IMG/VR virus record: IMGVR_UViG_3300037484_000856 | Coordinates: 1-41,478 of that record | Source: a virus | Taxonomy: Duplodnaviria > Caudoviricetes | Direction: 5' to 3' (one strand) | DNA: 41,478 nucleotides | Shown: positions 9,262 through 17,827 of the stretch, one piece after another | Layout of the letters: each line of letters begins with the position of its first letter | How positions within the stretch are numbered: position 1 is the first letter of the stretch | Notes under the pieces: model-generated | Told to the model about the DNA's origin: nothing | The model's database searches: none | Seen by the model: only the letters and a program-made list of their open reading frames with translations | Translations under genes and position numbers: made by a program

Positions 9262-10401
9262 TCACTTCCGCTTCGCCTTCCGTCCGGCCGCGCGCTGAAA
9301 CTGCTGCATCCCGGCGCGGAGGACGTCCGACACGGCCCCAAGCGCGTACCGCTTCGTCATCTGCAGCGAGCTATGGTCGAGCATCTCGGCCACGAGCGGG
9401 AGGTTGCCGGTGCGCCGGAAGAGCTCGGTCCCGAACGAGTGGCGGAAGTCGTACGGCCGGAGCGTCGGGAACACGTACTCGGGATCCCGACGTGCCTTGC
9501 GGCGCAGCTGCTCGACCTTCTTCCGGGCGCGCTCGAGCGTGTGCCGCAGCGACCGGGTGCTGAAGTCTCCCCACGCGTTGAGCGCGACGAACCGCTCGAA
9601 CGCCAGGCGCGCGTCCACCGTCATCGGTTTCTTGATCTCGGGCCGCGGCTGGCGCGGCCGCCGGTGCCCTTTGCGCCGCGGTGGCGAGATGTACCACCGC
9701 TCACGGACGTTGACGTGCCGCGGCTGCAGCTGTTTGATCTGGGACGGCGTCATCCCCGTCCACGCCATGATCTCGAAGCGGGCGCGCGTCTGCGATCCCC
9801 GTGTGCGCGAGCCCTTCACGCCCTTGATCGGGCGGCTCTGCTCGCGCGGCATCGCGTCGAGTAGCGCGCGGATGTCCTCGTACGATCGCCCTCGCGCTTC
9901 CGCGGCGGGCTCCTCGAACGCGCGCGTCTCGCGCACGGGGTTCGCCGCGGCGCGGCCGTCGAGGCGCGAGTACAGCGACATCAGCGCCGTGCGGTGCTTG
10001 TTCACCGTTGAGGCGGCGTCGCCGGCGGTGCGCCAGGCCTGCAGCTGCTCGTCGATGTCGCGCGCCGTGATGGCGCCGCGCGGCCGCTTCCCGAAGGCCT
10101 TCACCCATCGTCCGATTTGACGGACGCGATCGGTGTAGCTCGGCATGGCCGTGACGACCACGAGCGCGAGGTAGCGTGCGGCGTCGCCGGCGAACGTGCC
10201 CGCGTGTGCCGCGGCGGCCGCGCGTCGCTGCTCGCGCAGGGTGGCCGACTGGTCCTTGAACTGGTCGACGTACGCCTGGAGCTGCTCGAGGGTGGTGTCT
10301 GGCTTGAACCGGACCGGATGGAGGACGCCGTCGCGGCGGACGTAGACGCGCCAGCCGTGCGGGGTGCGATAGATGTTCGGGGCGACGCGGACGTCGCTCA
10401 C
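9262..10401 (-). CDS. int: Tyrosine integrase with atypical box I
   Basis: YDFRHSFGT, MLDHSSLQMTKRY, ASTVNK SAM-like motif; box I reads TGMTPSQI; adjacent to attP. Confidence 0.88.
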   Translation of the reverse strand: MSDVRVAPNIYRTPHGWRVYVRRDGVLHPVRFKPDTTLEQLQAYVDQFKDQSATLREQRRAAAAAHAGTFAGDAARYLALVVVTAMPSYTDRVRQIGRWVKAFGKRPRGAITARDIDEQLQAWRTAGDAASTVNKHRTALMSLYSRLDGRAAANPVRETRAFEEPAAEARGRSYEDIRALLDAMPREQSRPIKGVKGSRTRGSQTRARFEIMAWTGMTPSQIKQLQPRHVNVRERWYISPPRRKGHRRPRQPRPEIKKPMTVDARLAFERFVALNAWGDFSTRSLRHTLERARKKVEQLRRKARRDPEYVFPTLRPYDFRHSFGTELFRRTGNLPLVAEMLDHSSLQMTKRYALGAVSDVLRAGMQQFQRAAGRKAKRK

Positions 10402-10601
10402 TTAGAGCCGCGTCGAGAGCGTAGGAACCAGGTCGACGCGACCATCAGGAGCGCAAGAACGCTCGAGATCGCGGGGAAACGCCGGCCGAACACCAGTTCG
10501 ATCACGCCGGAGGTGATGACTCCGAGGACGAGCCACGCGAGGAATGCCAGCGCGAGCAGTCCTACGACTCTCACGTCACGGCCTCCTCGGCGAGCGGACA
10601 T
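10398..10601 (-). CDS. Small two-TM membrane protein in the repressor-integrase operon
   Basis: Two hydrophobic stretches; stop overlaps integrase GTG; start uncertain (10601 or 10637). Confidence 0.55.
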   Translation of the reverse strand: MSARRGGRDVRVVGLLALAFLAWLVLGVITSGVIELVFGRRFPAISSVLALLMVASTWFLRSRRGSK

Positions 10602-10662
10602 AGTCGCGGACAGCAGCGCCGACGCTGTAACTCGCACGTGCAGGGCGTCGCCTGGAAAGAAA

Positions 10663-11058
10663 TCACGCGCGCTTCCTTGACCGTGCTCGGCCCGAGCGTT
10701 TAGGCGCAGGGGCGGCGGCCCTCGCTCTCTCCGGGATCTCTATCGGTATATCCCCCGGCGGCGGCACGCAGTCAGCTAGTTGTCGCGCCGTGAGGCCAAA
10801 GGCGGCCGCGACCTTCGTCAGCGTCCCGCGCTTTGCTTCCTGGGTGACCCCGAGCTCAATACGGCTGATCGTGTTGAAGGTCACACCGCTCCGCGCTGCC
10901 GTCTGTTGCAGCGTCCATCCGGTGAGCGTGCGTAGCTTTCGCACGACGTCGCCCTCGTGCCATACGAGCGTCACTGGCCGCCGACCCGCCGTCTGATTAT
11001 CGCCACTGGTGTGTAAGTTTACGCACGGCGATGCGTGCAAAAACAAGGCCCGTTCCAC
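10663..11058 (-). CDS. CI-like XRE-family HTH repressor (true start may be GTG 10974)
   Basis: VRKLRTLTGWTLQQTAARSGVTFNTISRIELG HTH; divergent from a Cro-like gene. Confidence 0.8.
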   Translation of the reverse strand: MERALFLHASPCVNLHTSGDNQTAGRRPVTLVWHEGDVVRKLRTLTGWTLQQTAARSGVTFNTISRIELGVTQEAKRGTLTKVAAAFGLTARQLADCVPPPGDIPIEIPERARAAAPAPKRSGRARSRKRA

Positions 11059-11073
11059 TCATGGCACAGATGT

Positions 11074-11121
11074 GCACATGCGTGTGTAACATTACCCTTG
11101 ACCAGTGACACATCGATGTGT
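11074..11121. promoter_or_regulatory. Candidate repressor operators
   Basis: Perfect palindrome ACACATCGATGTGT (11108-11121) and related GCACATGCGTGTGT (11074-11087) between divergent HTH genes. Confidence 0.65.
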
Positions 11122-11126
11122 ATATT
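11098..11126 (+). promoter_or_regulatory. Sigma70-type rightward early promoter
   Basis: TTGACC-17 bp-TATATT, 9 bp before ATG 11136; the operator palindrome fills the spacer. Confidence 0.7.
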
Positions 11127-11135
11127 TACCTCCGC

Positions 11136-11351
11136 ATGGCTAAAACCCAAACGCCTCTCAAGAACCTCCGCATCGCGCGAACGCTGAAACAAGAACAAAT
11201 GGCGTCGCTGTTGGAGATTTCTCAGCAGACGTACGCCCGCTACGAATCCGGTGAAGTCGTGCCGTCCGTCGATCGGCAGGCGCGCATCGCCGCGATTCTC
11301 GGCGCGTCCGTCGAGACGCTCTGGCCGCAAGCCGAACAGGTCGCGTTATGA
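11136..11351 (+). CDS. Cro-like XRE HTH regulator
   Basis: LKNLRIARTLKQEQMASLLEISQQTYARYESG; first early gene. Confidence 0.8.
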   Translation: MAKTQTPLKNLRIARTLKQEQMASLLEISQQTYARYESGEVVPSVDRQARIAAILGASVETLWPQAEQVAL

Positions 11352-11917
11352 GCGACGAGCTGATCCTGCCCGAGCAGCGATTCGGGCGGCTCGTCACGGT
11401 GACTGAATCGCGTCTCGGTGATCGGCCGGCCTGGACATGTCGCTGTGATTGCGGGAGAACATCTGTCGCTCGCGCCCATGACCTACGTTCTGGCCATAAG
11501 AAATCGTGCGGGTGCGCAAGAGGGCAAGAGGCCAATCCGCGCCCACCGATGGATCGCCTTGCTGATCGCTTCTGGCCGAAAGTCCTCAAGGCCGGACCAG
11601 ACGACTGCTGGCTCTGGCAGGCGAGTGTCGGTAGTCACGGATACGGCCAGTTGTCAATGCCTAGACAAGCGCCGGAAACCGCGCACCGACTCGCCTGGCT
11701 GCTGACCCACGGCCCGATCCCTGAAGGCTTGTTCGTCTTGCATCGCTGCGACGTTCGGCGGTGTTGCAACTCGTCACACCTGTTCATAGGCACTCAGGCT
11801 GACAACGTAGCGGACATGCACCGGAAGGGCCGAGGGTTCGTGCCGGCGCCTGAGACACGGTGGGCGCGCCGTGAGAGTGGGGCGGCGTCAAGAACGACCC
11901 CCGCGAACCGTTGCTGA
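11348..11917 (+). CDS. HNH endonuclease
   Basis: N-terminal RFGRL...CRCDCG...SCGC; C-terminal CWLW...AHRLAW...VLHRCDVRRCCNSSHL..GTQADNVADM. Confidence 0.85.
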   Translation: MSDELILPEQRFGRLVTVTESRLGDRPAWTCRCDCGRTSVARAHDLRSGHKKSCGCARGQEANPRPPMDRLADRFWPKVLKAGPDDCWLWQASVGSHGYGQLSMPRQAPETAHRLAWLLTHGPIPEGLFVLHRCDVRRCCNSSHLFIGTQADNVADMHRKGRGFVPAPETRWARRESGAASRTTPANRC

Positions 11918-12126
11918 CGCCTGCAGAAGCGGCGGCGTTTCTCAGGTTGCCGTCCGTGCAGGCTTACTACATCTGGCGCCGTCGGCACGGCATTCCCAAT
12001 CGCATCGAGGGTCGCTCGGTGCGCGTGTACGCGTCGGACCTGGTGCGGCCAGCGCCGGCGTCGGTGGTCGATTTCGGCGAGGCGGGGCGCGCGTTCGCGC
12101 GGAAGTTGGCGGCGCGTCGTGCGTGA
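11911..12126 (+). CDS. Excisionase-like (HTH_17) DNA-binding protein
   Basis: MLTPAEAAAFL...GIP..I.GRSVRV..SDL; early operon position. Confidence 0.6.
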   Translation: MLTPAEAAAFLRLPSVQAYYIWRRRHGIPNRIEGRSVRVYASDLVRPAPASVVDFGEAGRAFARKLAARRA

Positions 12127-12178
12127 GCGCGACGGGATCCTGATCGCGTTGGTGGCGTCGTAACTGGCGAGGACGGAT

Positions 12179-12499
12179 ATGGCAAAAGGTCAGCGGTTTT
12201 CGTTTCCTGAAGGGATCAAGTTCGACCTCATCAAGCCTGAGGCGCTGGTCAGCGTGCGCTCGATTGCGAAACTGTCGTCGGTGCCGCCCGTCGTGGTGGA
12301 GATGGCGCAGCGGCTCGTGGCGAATCCGACGCAGGGCGCACAGTTCAAGCTCGGCGACGCCGCGATGAAGAACAAGGCCAACGAGATCGAACTGTTCATC
12401 GTGAAGGGCCTGCGGAAGTTCCTGCGCGCGACGGACGTGCCCGCGAAGGTGCGCAGTTATCAGACCTCAGAGTCGATCACGTTCTGGCTGGATTCGTAG
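12179..12499 (+). CDS. Hypothetical protein
   Basis: GAGGA RBS; 106 aa with coding-like codon use. Confidence 0.6.
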   Translation: MAKGQRFSFPEGIKFDLIKPEALVSVRSIAKLSSVPPVVVEMAQRLVANPTQGAQFKLGDAAMKNKANEIELFIVKGLRKFLRATDVPAKVRSYQTSESITFWLDS

Positions 12500-12505
12500 G
12501 GTGTC

Positions 12506-12736
12506 ATGACACCGATGGAGATCGCCGCCGCCGTTGAGGATCGCGTGTTGGGCGCCAGCGTCGCGTACCTGTTGTTCGCCGTCATGGTCGCCCTGGTCGT
12601 CGTGCTGCTCTGGACGGAGTGGCGGCACTCCAAGGCGGAGCGGGCGCGGCGGGCGCACGTGAAGGCCCGGCTCGAGCAGCTGACCGGGCATCGGGTCACC
12701 GATGTACGGATTCGGCGCAACGGATTCGGCGGGTGA
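12506..12736 (+). CDS. Hypothetical membrane protein
   Basis: One TM segment and a basic tail; tight operon packing. Confidence 0.55.
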   Translation: MTPMEIAAAVEDRVLGASVAYLLFAVMVALVVVLLWTEWRHSKAERARRAHVKARLEQLTGHRVTDVRIRRNGFGG

Positions 12737-12740
12737 AGTG

Positions 12741-12905
12741 ATGCGCCGACGCGTCCGTGAGCGGTGGTCGCGGTTGATGGCGACGTGGCGCGCGTGGCGG
12801 AGGTCTAGGGGCGGCTGGTGGGATCGGGTGGTCGGCGACGCGTGTCCGTGCAGCGGCGAGTCGATGCTGTCGCGGCTGCGCGCGGTGCAGAAGGGGAGGG
12901 GGTAG
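12741..12905 (+). CDS. Hypothetical Arg/Trp-rich protein
   Basis: Fills the gap between neighbours exactly. Confidence 0.35.
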   Translation: MRRRVRERWSRLMATWRAWRRSRGGWWDRVVGDACPCSGESMLSRLRAVQKGRG

Positions 12906-12909
12906 GTCA

Positions 12910-13164
12910 ATGCAGTCAGCGTTACTCGTTTGCGAAGGCGCCTGCAATGGCGGACTCGTGCAGGCGTTCGACGAGGCCGTCAGTCGAGAGACAGCGGTCT
13001 CACCTGAACAGCTAGGGCGGGCCAGGCGATTTAAGTACACGCGTCATTGCTTTGTTCGTAGGGATCTCGTGCAGACCGGTAGCCAAAGCCACCACAACGT
13101 GATTTTCGGATGCGGCGTGTGTGGGCAGGAGCGGATGTTCGGGAAAGAAGTTCCAGGGGTGTAG
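12910..13164 (+). CDS. Hypothetical Cys-containing protein
   Basis: CEGAC and CGVC pairs; G-rich RBS. Confidence 0.5.
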   Translation: MQSALLVCEGACNGGLVQAFDEAVSRETAVSPEQLGRARRFKYTRHCFVRRDLVQTGSQSHHNVIFGCGVCGQERMFGKEVPGV

Positions 13165-13235
13165 CGAAAACTGCGCGCCCGGCCAGCGGTGGGTGTGAGC
13201 ACCGTTGATCCAGCCAGGCGCGCAAGGAGCGAGAC

Positions 13236-13694
13236 ATGAGCCTAACAGAAATTCATTCCGCCGGCCCAATGGGGCCTGACTGGCTGCAGCGGTGTGCGCG
13301 CTGCGGGGTCATCTTGAAAGACCACCGGCCGGGCGCCGACCTCGTCCTCATGGGCGATTCCGGCGGCGTCAGCTACGCGCCCGGCGACCTGGTCGTGCAG
13401 GGGCGCGGCTACCAGGCGCTCGCGCTCAGTGAGAAATGGATCACGCCGACGTGCGTGCGCGTGCCGGCGGAACGGCTCGAGTTCGTCGTCGACGAGCTGG
13501 TGTATCGGAACTACGCGGCGAACCGGCGGCAGTCGCCGCACGTCAGCCCGGCGCGGTGGGGGCGCATCTTCGACAACGTCGAGGCGCTCGAGGCGCGGTA
13601 CCAGGACGAGGGGCGCTGCCGGACGAACGGCTGCACGCTGCGGTTCTCGCATGGCGGGGCGTGCGACGTGCCTGTGCTCGAAGCGGTGCGCTGA
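13236..13694 (+). CDS. Hypothetical protein (CxxC)
   Basis: AAGGAG RBS; TGATG coupling downstream. Confidence 0.6.
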   Translation: MSLTEIHSAGPMGPDWLQRCARCGVILKDHRPGADLVLMGDSGGVSYAPGDLVVQGRGYQALALSEKWITPTCVRVPAERLEFVVDELVYRNYAANRRQSPHVSPARWGRIFDNVEALEARYQDEGRCRTNGCTLRFSHGGACDVPVLEAVR

Positions 13695-14041
13695 TGCTGG
13701 CCCATCGCTACTTCGCCGCCGTCAAGGACGGCCAGGTCCTCGCGACCACCGCCTCCGCCACGCGCCAGTACCGCTACGCGCTGCTCTACGGACGCACCGT
13801 CGCCCGATGGGGCTCGACGCGCGCGGTCTGCGAGCAGCAGCTCGACACGTTTAAACCACTCAACGGCGAGGGGCGCCAGCTCACGGTGGAGATCGTCGAC
13901 GTCGTGGAAACGCAGGCACGCCTCGCGGTCGGCACGGGGTGGCCGCCAGCGACGCCGCGCACGGTGGAGCCGGCCGACGGGCGAGGACGAGGCTCTGGTC
14001 GCCCGGGTCCCTCGCCGCGTGGCGTCATGAGCGCCGAGTAA
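13694..14041 (+). CDS. Hypothetical protein
   Basis: TGATG coupling; begins MLAHRYFAAVKDG. Confidence 0.5.
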   Translation: MLAHRYFAAVKDGQVLATTASATRQYRYALLYGRTVARWGSTRAVCEQQLDTFKPLNGEGRQLTVEIVDVVETQARLAVGTGWPPATPRTVEPADGRGRGSGRPGPSPRGVMSAE

Positions 14042-14068
14042 CCCCCGGTAACGAGAGACGAGGAACGC

Positions 14069-15445
14069 ATGACAGAGACAGCGAACAAGCCCCTGACGAT
14101 TGTGAAGCTCTCCGCGGAGAACATCCTACGGCTCTCGGCGGTGAGCATCACGCCCGAGGGCTCGCCCGTGGTCGTCATCGCCGGCGACAACGAGGCCGGC
14201 AAGTCGTCGGTGCTGGCCGCGATCGAGATTGCGCTCGGCGGCGAGAAGCGCATTCCGCTCGAGCCCGTGCGCCGCGGCCAGGCGAAGGCGAAGGTTGTGC
14301 TCGACCTGGGCGACATCATCGTGACGCGCACGTTCGCCCCAAAGGGCACGACGCTCAAGGTGACGAACCGCGCCGGCGCGCCGTTCAATTCGCCGCAGTC
14401 GCTACTCGACGGCCTGGTCAACAAGCTCACGTTCGACCCGATGGCCTTCGTGGAGAGCGACAAGAAGAGCCAGGAGGCGACACTGCGCGCGATCGCGGGG
14501 CTCGACACGACTGAGCTCGACACCGAGTATCGGCGGCTGTTCGAGGAACGCACGAACTCCAATCGTGAACGCGACCGCCTCGCGCGCTTGGTCGAGTCGA
14601 TGGCCTCGTATCCTGACGCGGTCGAAGTCAACGTCGACGAGTTAGTCGGTGAGCTCACAGCGGCGCAGGCGCTGTACCACACCGCGGTAGAGGCGGGCAT
14701 GGCGATGACGCGCGCGATCGAGGAGGTGACGCGCACGCAGGATCGGCTGCGGGTGCAAAGCGCGACCGTCGAGCGAGTGCGGCGTGAGCTCGCATCAGCC
14801 GTGGGAGAAGTCAGCGTGACCCAGAGCGCGCTCGAGCGCATGAAGGCCGACGTGGAGCAGGCGACCGAAGCGACGCGCCTGGCGCGTGAGGCGGTGCCGG
14901 CCACCGCGACGATCCGCGATCGTATCTCGCAGGCAGAACACGGCAACCAGCAGGCGCGGGCAACCCGTGACCGGGCGCAGAAGGTCGGTGAGCACGAGCG
15001 CCAGGGCCTCTATGCCGACGAGCTTACCGGGAAGCTCGAGGCGTTGCTCAAGGCGAAGACGGATCTCCTCGCGTCGGCGACGTTTCCGATCGAGGGGCTC
15101 GGGCTGTCCGAAGACGGCGTCACCTGGAACGACATCCCGTTCGATCAGGCGTCGACGTCGGTACGGATTCGCGTGAGCGCGGCGATCGGGTTCGCGCTCA
15201 ATCCGAAGCTGCGCATCCTGCGCATTCGCAACGGCAACGACCTGGGCGAGAAGAACCTCACGCTGCTCGCGGAGTCAGCGGCCGCGGTGGGCGGTCAGGT
15301 CTGGGTCGAGCGCATCGAGGGCGGGAAGGGGCTCTTCACGGTCGTCATCGAGGACGGCTCCGTCGCCGGCGCGCCCGCGTCTGACACTGACTCGCCCGCG
15401 GCCAGCGTCGAAGAACCCGCCGTGCAGCCAGGACGGCTCCTGTGA
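14069..15445 (+). CDS. SMC/Rad50-like coiled-coil AAA ATPase
   Basis: N-terminal Walker A GDNEAGKSS, long coiled coil, C-terminal PFDQAS...NPKLRIL ABC half. Confidence 0.8.
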   Translation: MTETANKPLTIVKLSAENILRLSAVSITPEGSPVVVIAGDNEAGKSSVLAAIEIALGGEKRIPLEPVRRGQAKAKVVLDLGDIIVTRTFAPKGTTLKVTNRAGAPFNSPQSLLDGLVNKLTFDPMAFVESDKKSQEATLRAIAGLDTTELDTEYRRLFEERTNSNRERDRLARLVESMASYPDAVEVNVDELVGELTAAQALYHTAVEAGMAMTRAIEEVTRTQDRLRVQSATVERVRRELASAVGEVSVTQSALERMKADVEQATEATRLAREAVPATATIRDRISQAEHGNQQARATRDRAQKVGEHERQGLYADELTGKLEALLKAKTDLLASATFPIEGLGLSEDGVTWNDIPFDQASTSVRIRVSAAIGFALNPKLRILRIRNGNDLGEKNLTLLAESAAAVGGQVWVERIEGGKGLFTVVIEDGSVAGAPASDTDSPAASVEEPAVQPGRLL

Positions 15446-16305
15446 GTCTCGTCACGGCCCCTGGCGTCTACGTGATGACAGCGGAGCAGTACCACGCTGA
15501 TCCATGCCCGGCGCCGTCGCTCTCGAGCTCCACGATCAAGCGACTCATCAACGGGTCACCCTTCCACGCCTGGTTCGAGCATCCCAGGCTGAACCCTGAC
15601 TTCACGGTCGAGGACCAGGCGGAGCACTTCGCGATCGGGGATATCGCGCACCAGATCCTGCTCGGGGGCGCGTCGAACGTGCAGGTGCTCGACTTCCAAG
15701 ACTGGCGCACGAAGGCTGCGAAGGAGGCCCGTACCGAGGCGCAACTCGCCGGACAGATTCCGCTCCTGACGCACGTGTGGGCCGACGTCGAGGCGATGGT
15801 GGCGTCGACGCGCGCGCAACTCGACGCGCACGAGGACGGCCGCGCGATGTTCCGTGACGGGCGCTCGGAACAGGTGATCGTGTGGGCCGAGAGCGACACC
15901 TGGTGCCGGGCGATGCTCGACTACCAGCGACCCGGCGCGATCGACGACTACAAGACGACGGGGAAGACCGCGAATCCGGAGGAGCTCGCGCGGGCGGCGC
16001 GCGACTACGGGTGGGACATTCAGGCGGCGTGGTACCGACGCGGGGTCAAGGCGCTCACCGGATTCGACGTCGATTTTCGGTTCGCGGTGCAGGAGACGTT
16101 CGCGCCGTATCTGCTCTCGGTGGTGGCGTCGGCGCCGTCGCGCGTGTGGCTCGCCGAGAGCCAGGTAGAGTACGCGCTCGACCGATGGCGGCGGTGTCTC
16201 GCGCGTGGGGAGTGGCCGGCGTACAGCCGGAAGACGGCGTATCTCACGCTGCCGAAGTGGGAAGAGCAGCAGTGGATCGAGAGGCAGGAGCGCGATGGCG
16301 TTTGA
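15442..16305 (+). CDS. RecE-like PD-(D/E)xK exonuclease (DUF3799-like)
   Basis: YHAD...LSSSTIK, CRAMLD, DDYKTT, WDIQAAWY motifs. Confidence 0.82.
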   Translation: MSLVTAPGVYVMTAEQYHADPCPAPSLSSSTIKRLINGSPFHAWFEHPRLNPDFTVEDQAEHFAIGDIAHQILLGGASNVQVLDFQDWRTKAAKEARTEAQLAGQIPLLTHVWADVEAMVASTRAQLDAHEDGRAMFRDGRSEQVIVWAESDTWCRAMLDYQRPGAIDDYKTTGKTANPEELARAARDYGWDIQAAWYRRGVKALTGFDVDFRFAVQETFAPYLLSVVASAPSRVWLAESQVEYALDRWRRCLARGEWPAYSRKTAYLTLPKWEEQQWIERQERDGV

Positions 16306-17218
16306 ATTCCGACCGGCGAAGCGCGAGAACGTCGGCCTCCTCATCGGCCTCGCCGGCGGCACAGGGTCCGGGAAGACGTACACGGCGATGCGCCTCGCGA
16401 CCGGCATCGCCGGCGATCGGCCGTTCGCGGTCATCGACACGGAGGCCGGCCGCGCGAAGCACTACGCGGACTACTTCCGATTCGACCACGGCGACCTGGG
16501 CGCGCCGTTCAAGCCGTCCCGGTACCTCGAGGCGATTCAGGCCGCCGACGCGGCGGGCTATCCGGCGATCGTCGTGGACAGCATGAGCCACGAGCACGAG
16601 GGGCCCGGGGGCGTCCTCGAGTGGCACGACGAGGAGCTCGCGCGGCTCGGGGGCCAGGACAGCAAGACGTTCCTCGCGTGGCAACCCCCGAAGAAGGAAC
16701 ACCGGCAGATGGTGCAGGCGTTGCTCCAGCTGCGCGCGCACGTCATTCTCTGCTTCCGCGCGGCGCCGAAGATCGAGATCGCGCGCGTTGAGGGCAAGAC
16801 CGTGGTGCGCGAGAAGACCGGGCTCAACGTCATGCCTGGCGGGTGGACCGCGATCACCGACGCGAAGCTCATGTTCGAGCTCACGGCGTCGATGATGTTC
16901 ATGGCGGAGCGGCCCGGCGTGCCGATGCCGATCAAGCTGCAGGAGCAGCACCGCGCGTTCTTTCCGCTCGACCAGGTGGTGACCGAGGCGACCGGCGCCG
17001 CGGTGGCGGCGTGGGCGCGTGGCGGCGAGGTGAACTGGGTCGCGAAGATCGAGCAGGTGAAGACCCGCGAGGAGCTCGGGGCGATCGGACGCGACCTGAC
17101 CCGCATCAAGCCGCTCATGACCGCGCCGGCGCGCGAGATCGCGGTCGCGGCGTACAACCACCGACTCAAAGAGCTCACGGACACGAAACCAGTAGAAGGA
17201 GCGCAGCAGCATGGGTAA
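16295..17218 (+). CDS. AAA_24 / Sak4-like ATPase recombinase
   Basis: GGTGSGKT Walker A, VIDTE, IVVDSMSHE; AGGAG RBS; follows the exonuclease. Confidence 0.78.
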   Translation: MAFEFRPAKRENVGLLIGLAGGTGSGKTYTAMRLATGIAGDRPFAVIDTEAGRAKHYADYFRFDHGDLGAPFKPSRYLEAIQAADAAGYPAIVVDSMSHEHEGPGGVLEWHDEELARLGGQDSKTFLAWQPPKKEHRQMVQALLQLRAHVILCFRAAPKIEIARVEGKTVVREKTGLNVMPGGWTAITDAKLMFELTASMMFMAERPGVPMPIKLQEQHRAFFPLDQVVTEATGAAVAAWARGGEVNWVAKIEQVKTREELGAIGRDLTRIKPLMTAPAREIAVAAYNHRLKELTDTKPVEGAQQHG

Positions 17219-17516
17219 ACAGACGGCGACGCAACGATTTGTGATTGTGCGGACGTATTCGGCAGGCGTGTTCGCCGGTGTGCTCGAGTCGCGCGCGGGG
17301 CAGGAAGTCGTCCTGCGTGACGCGCGCCGGCTGTGGTACTGGGCAGGGGCGGCGAGCTTGTCGGAGCTGGCCACCTCCGGCACGAGCCAGCCGAAGAAGT
17401 GCAAATTCCCGACGGCGGTCTCGCGCGTGGAGCTGCTCCAGGCGATCGAAATTCTGGACGTCACGTCAGCGGCGCGCGCGTCGATCGAAGCCGTGCCCGT
17501 CTGGAGCGCGGCGTGA
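17211..17516 (+). CDS. DUF6948-like phage protein
   Basis: VIVRTYSAGVFAG...LRDARRLWYWAGAASLSELA pattern. Confidence 0.7.
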   Translation: MGKQTATQRFVIVRTYSAGVFAGVLESRAGQEVVLRDARRLWYWAGAASLSELATSGTSQPKKCKFPTAVSRVELLQAIEILDVTSAARASIEAVPVWSAA

Positions 17517-17743
17517 CGAGCGTACCCATTATCACCGGGGACGGGTACGGGTCCGGGGCCGGGGACGGGGCCGGGTCCGGGGACGGGTCCGGGGCCGGGG
17601 ACGGGTACGGGTCCGGGGCCGGGGACGGGTACGGGTCCGGGGACGGGTCCGGGGACGGGGACGGGGACGGGTACGGGGCCGGGGACGGGTACGGGGCCGG
17701 GGACGGGTCCGGGGCCGGGTCCGGGGCCGGGGCCGGGTCCTAG
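17513..17743 (+). CDS. Gly-X repeat protein (X = D/Y/S/A)
   Basis: GTGA overlap with the upstream stop; MTSVPIIT followed by (GX)34. Confidence 0.6.
   Translation: MTSVPIITGDGYGSGAGDGAGSGDGSGAGDGYGSGAGDGYGSGDGSGDGDGDGYGAGDGYGAGDGSGAGSGAGAGS
17537..17740 (+). repeat. 34 tandem hexamers GGG[G/T][A/C]C
   Basis: Read directly: units GGGGAC, GGGTAC, GGGTCC, GGGGCC. Confidence 0.92.
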
Positions 17744-17827
17744 AAATTCCGCTCACGAGAATACCCCTCTGGGGTGTTCTCGGGAGCGTACACGGAGCAA
17801 CACGCTCCAGGCGACGGAGGTTTCTTC

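Noticed and set aside
14069-15445. SMC-based defence system (Wadjet/Lamassu)
   Set aside because: It sits directly before the RecE-like and Sak4-like genes, a common phage recombination module, and no defence partner genes are present.
17537-17740. CRISPR array
   Set aside because: Tandem 6-bp units with no unique spacers, and no cas genes.
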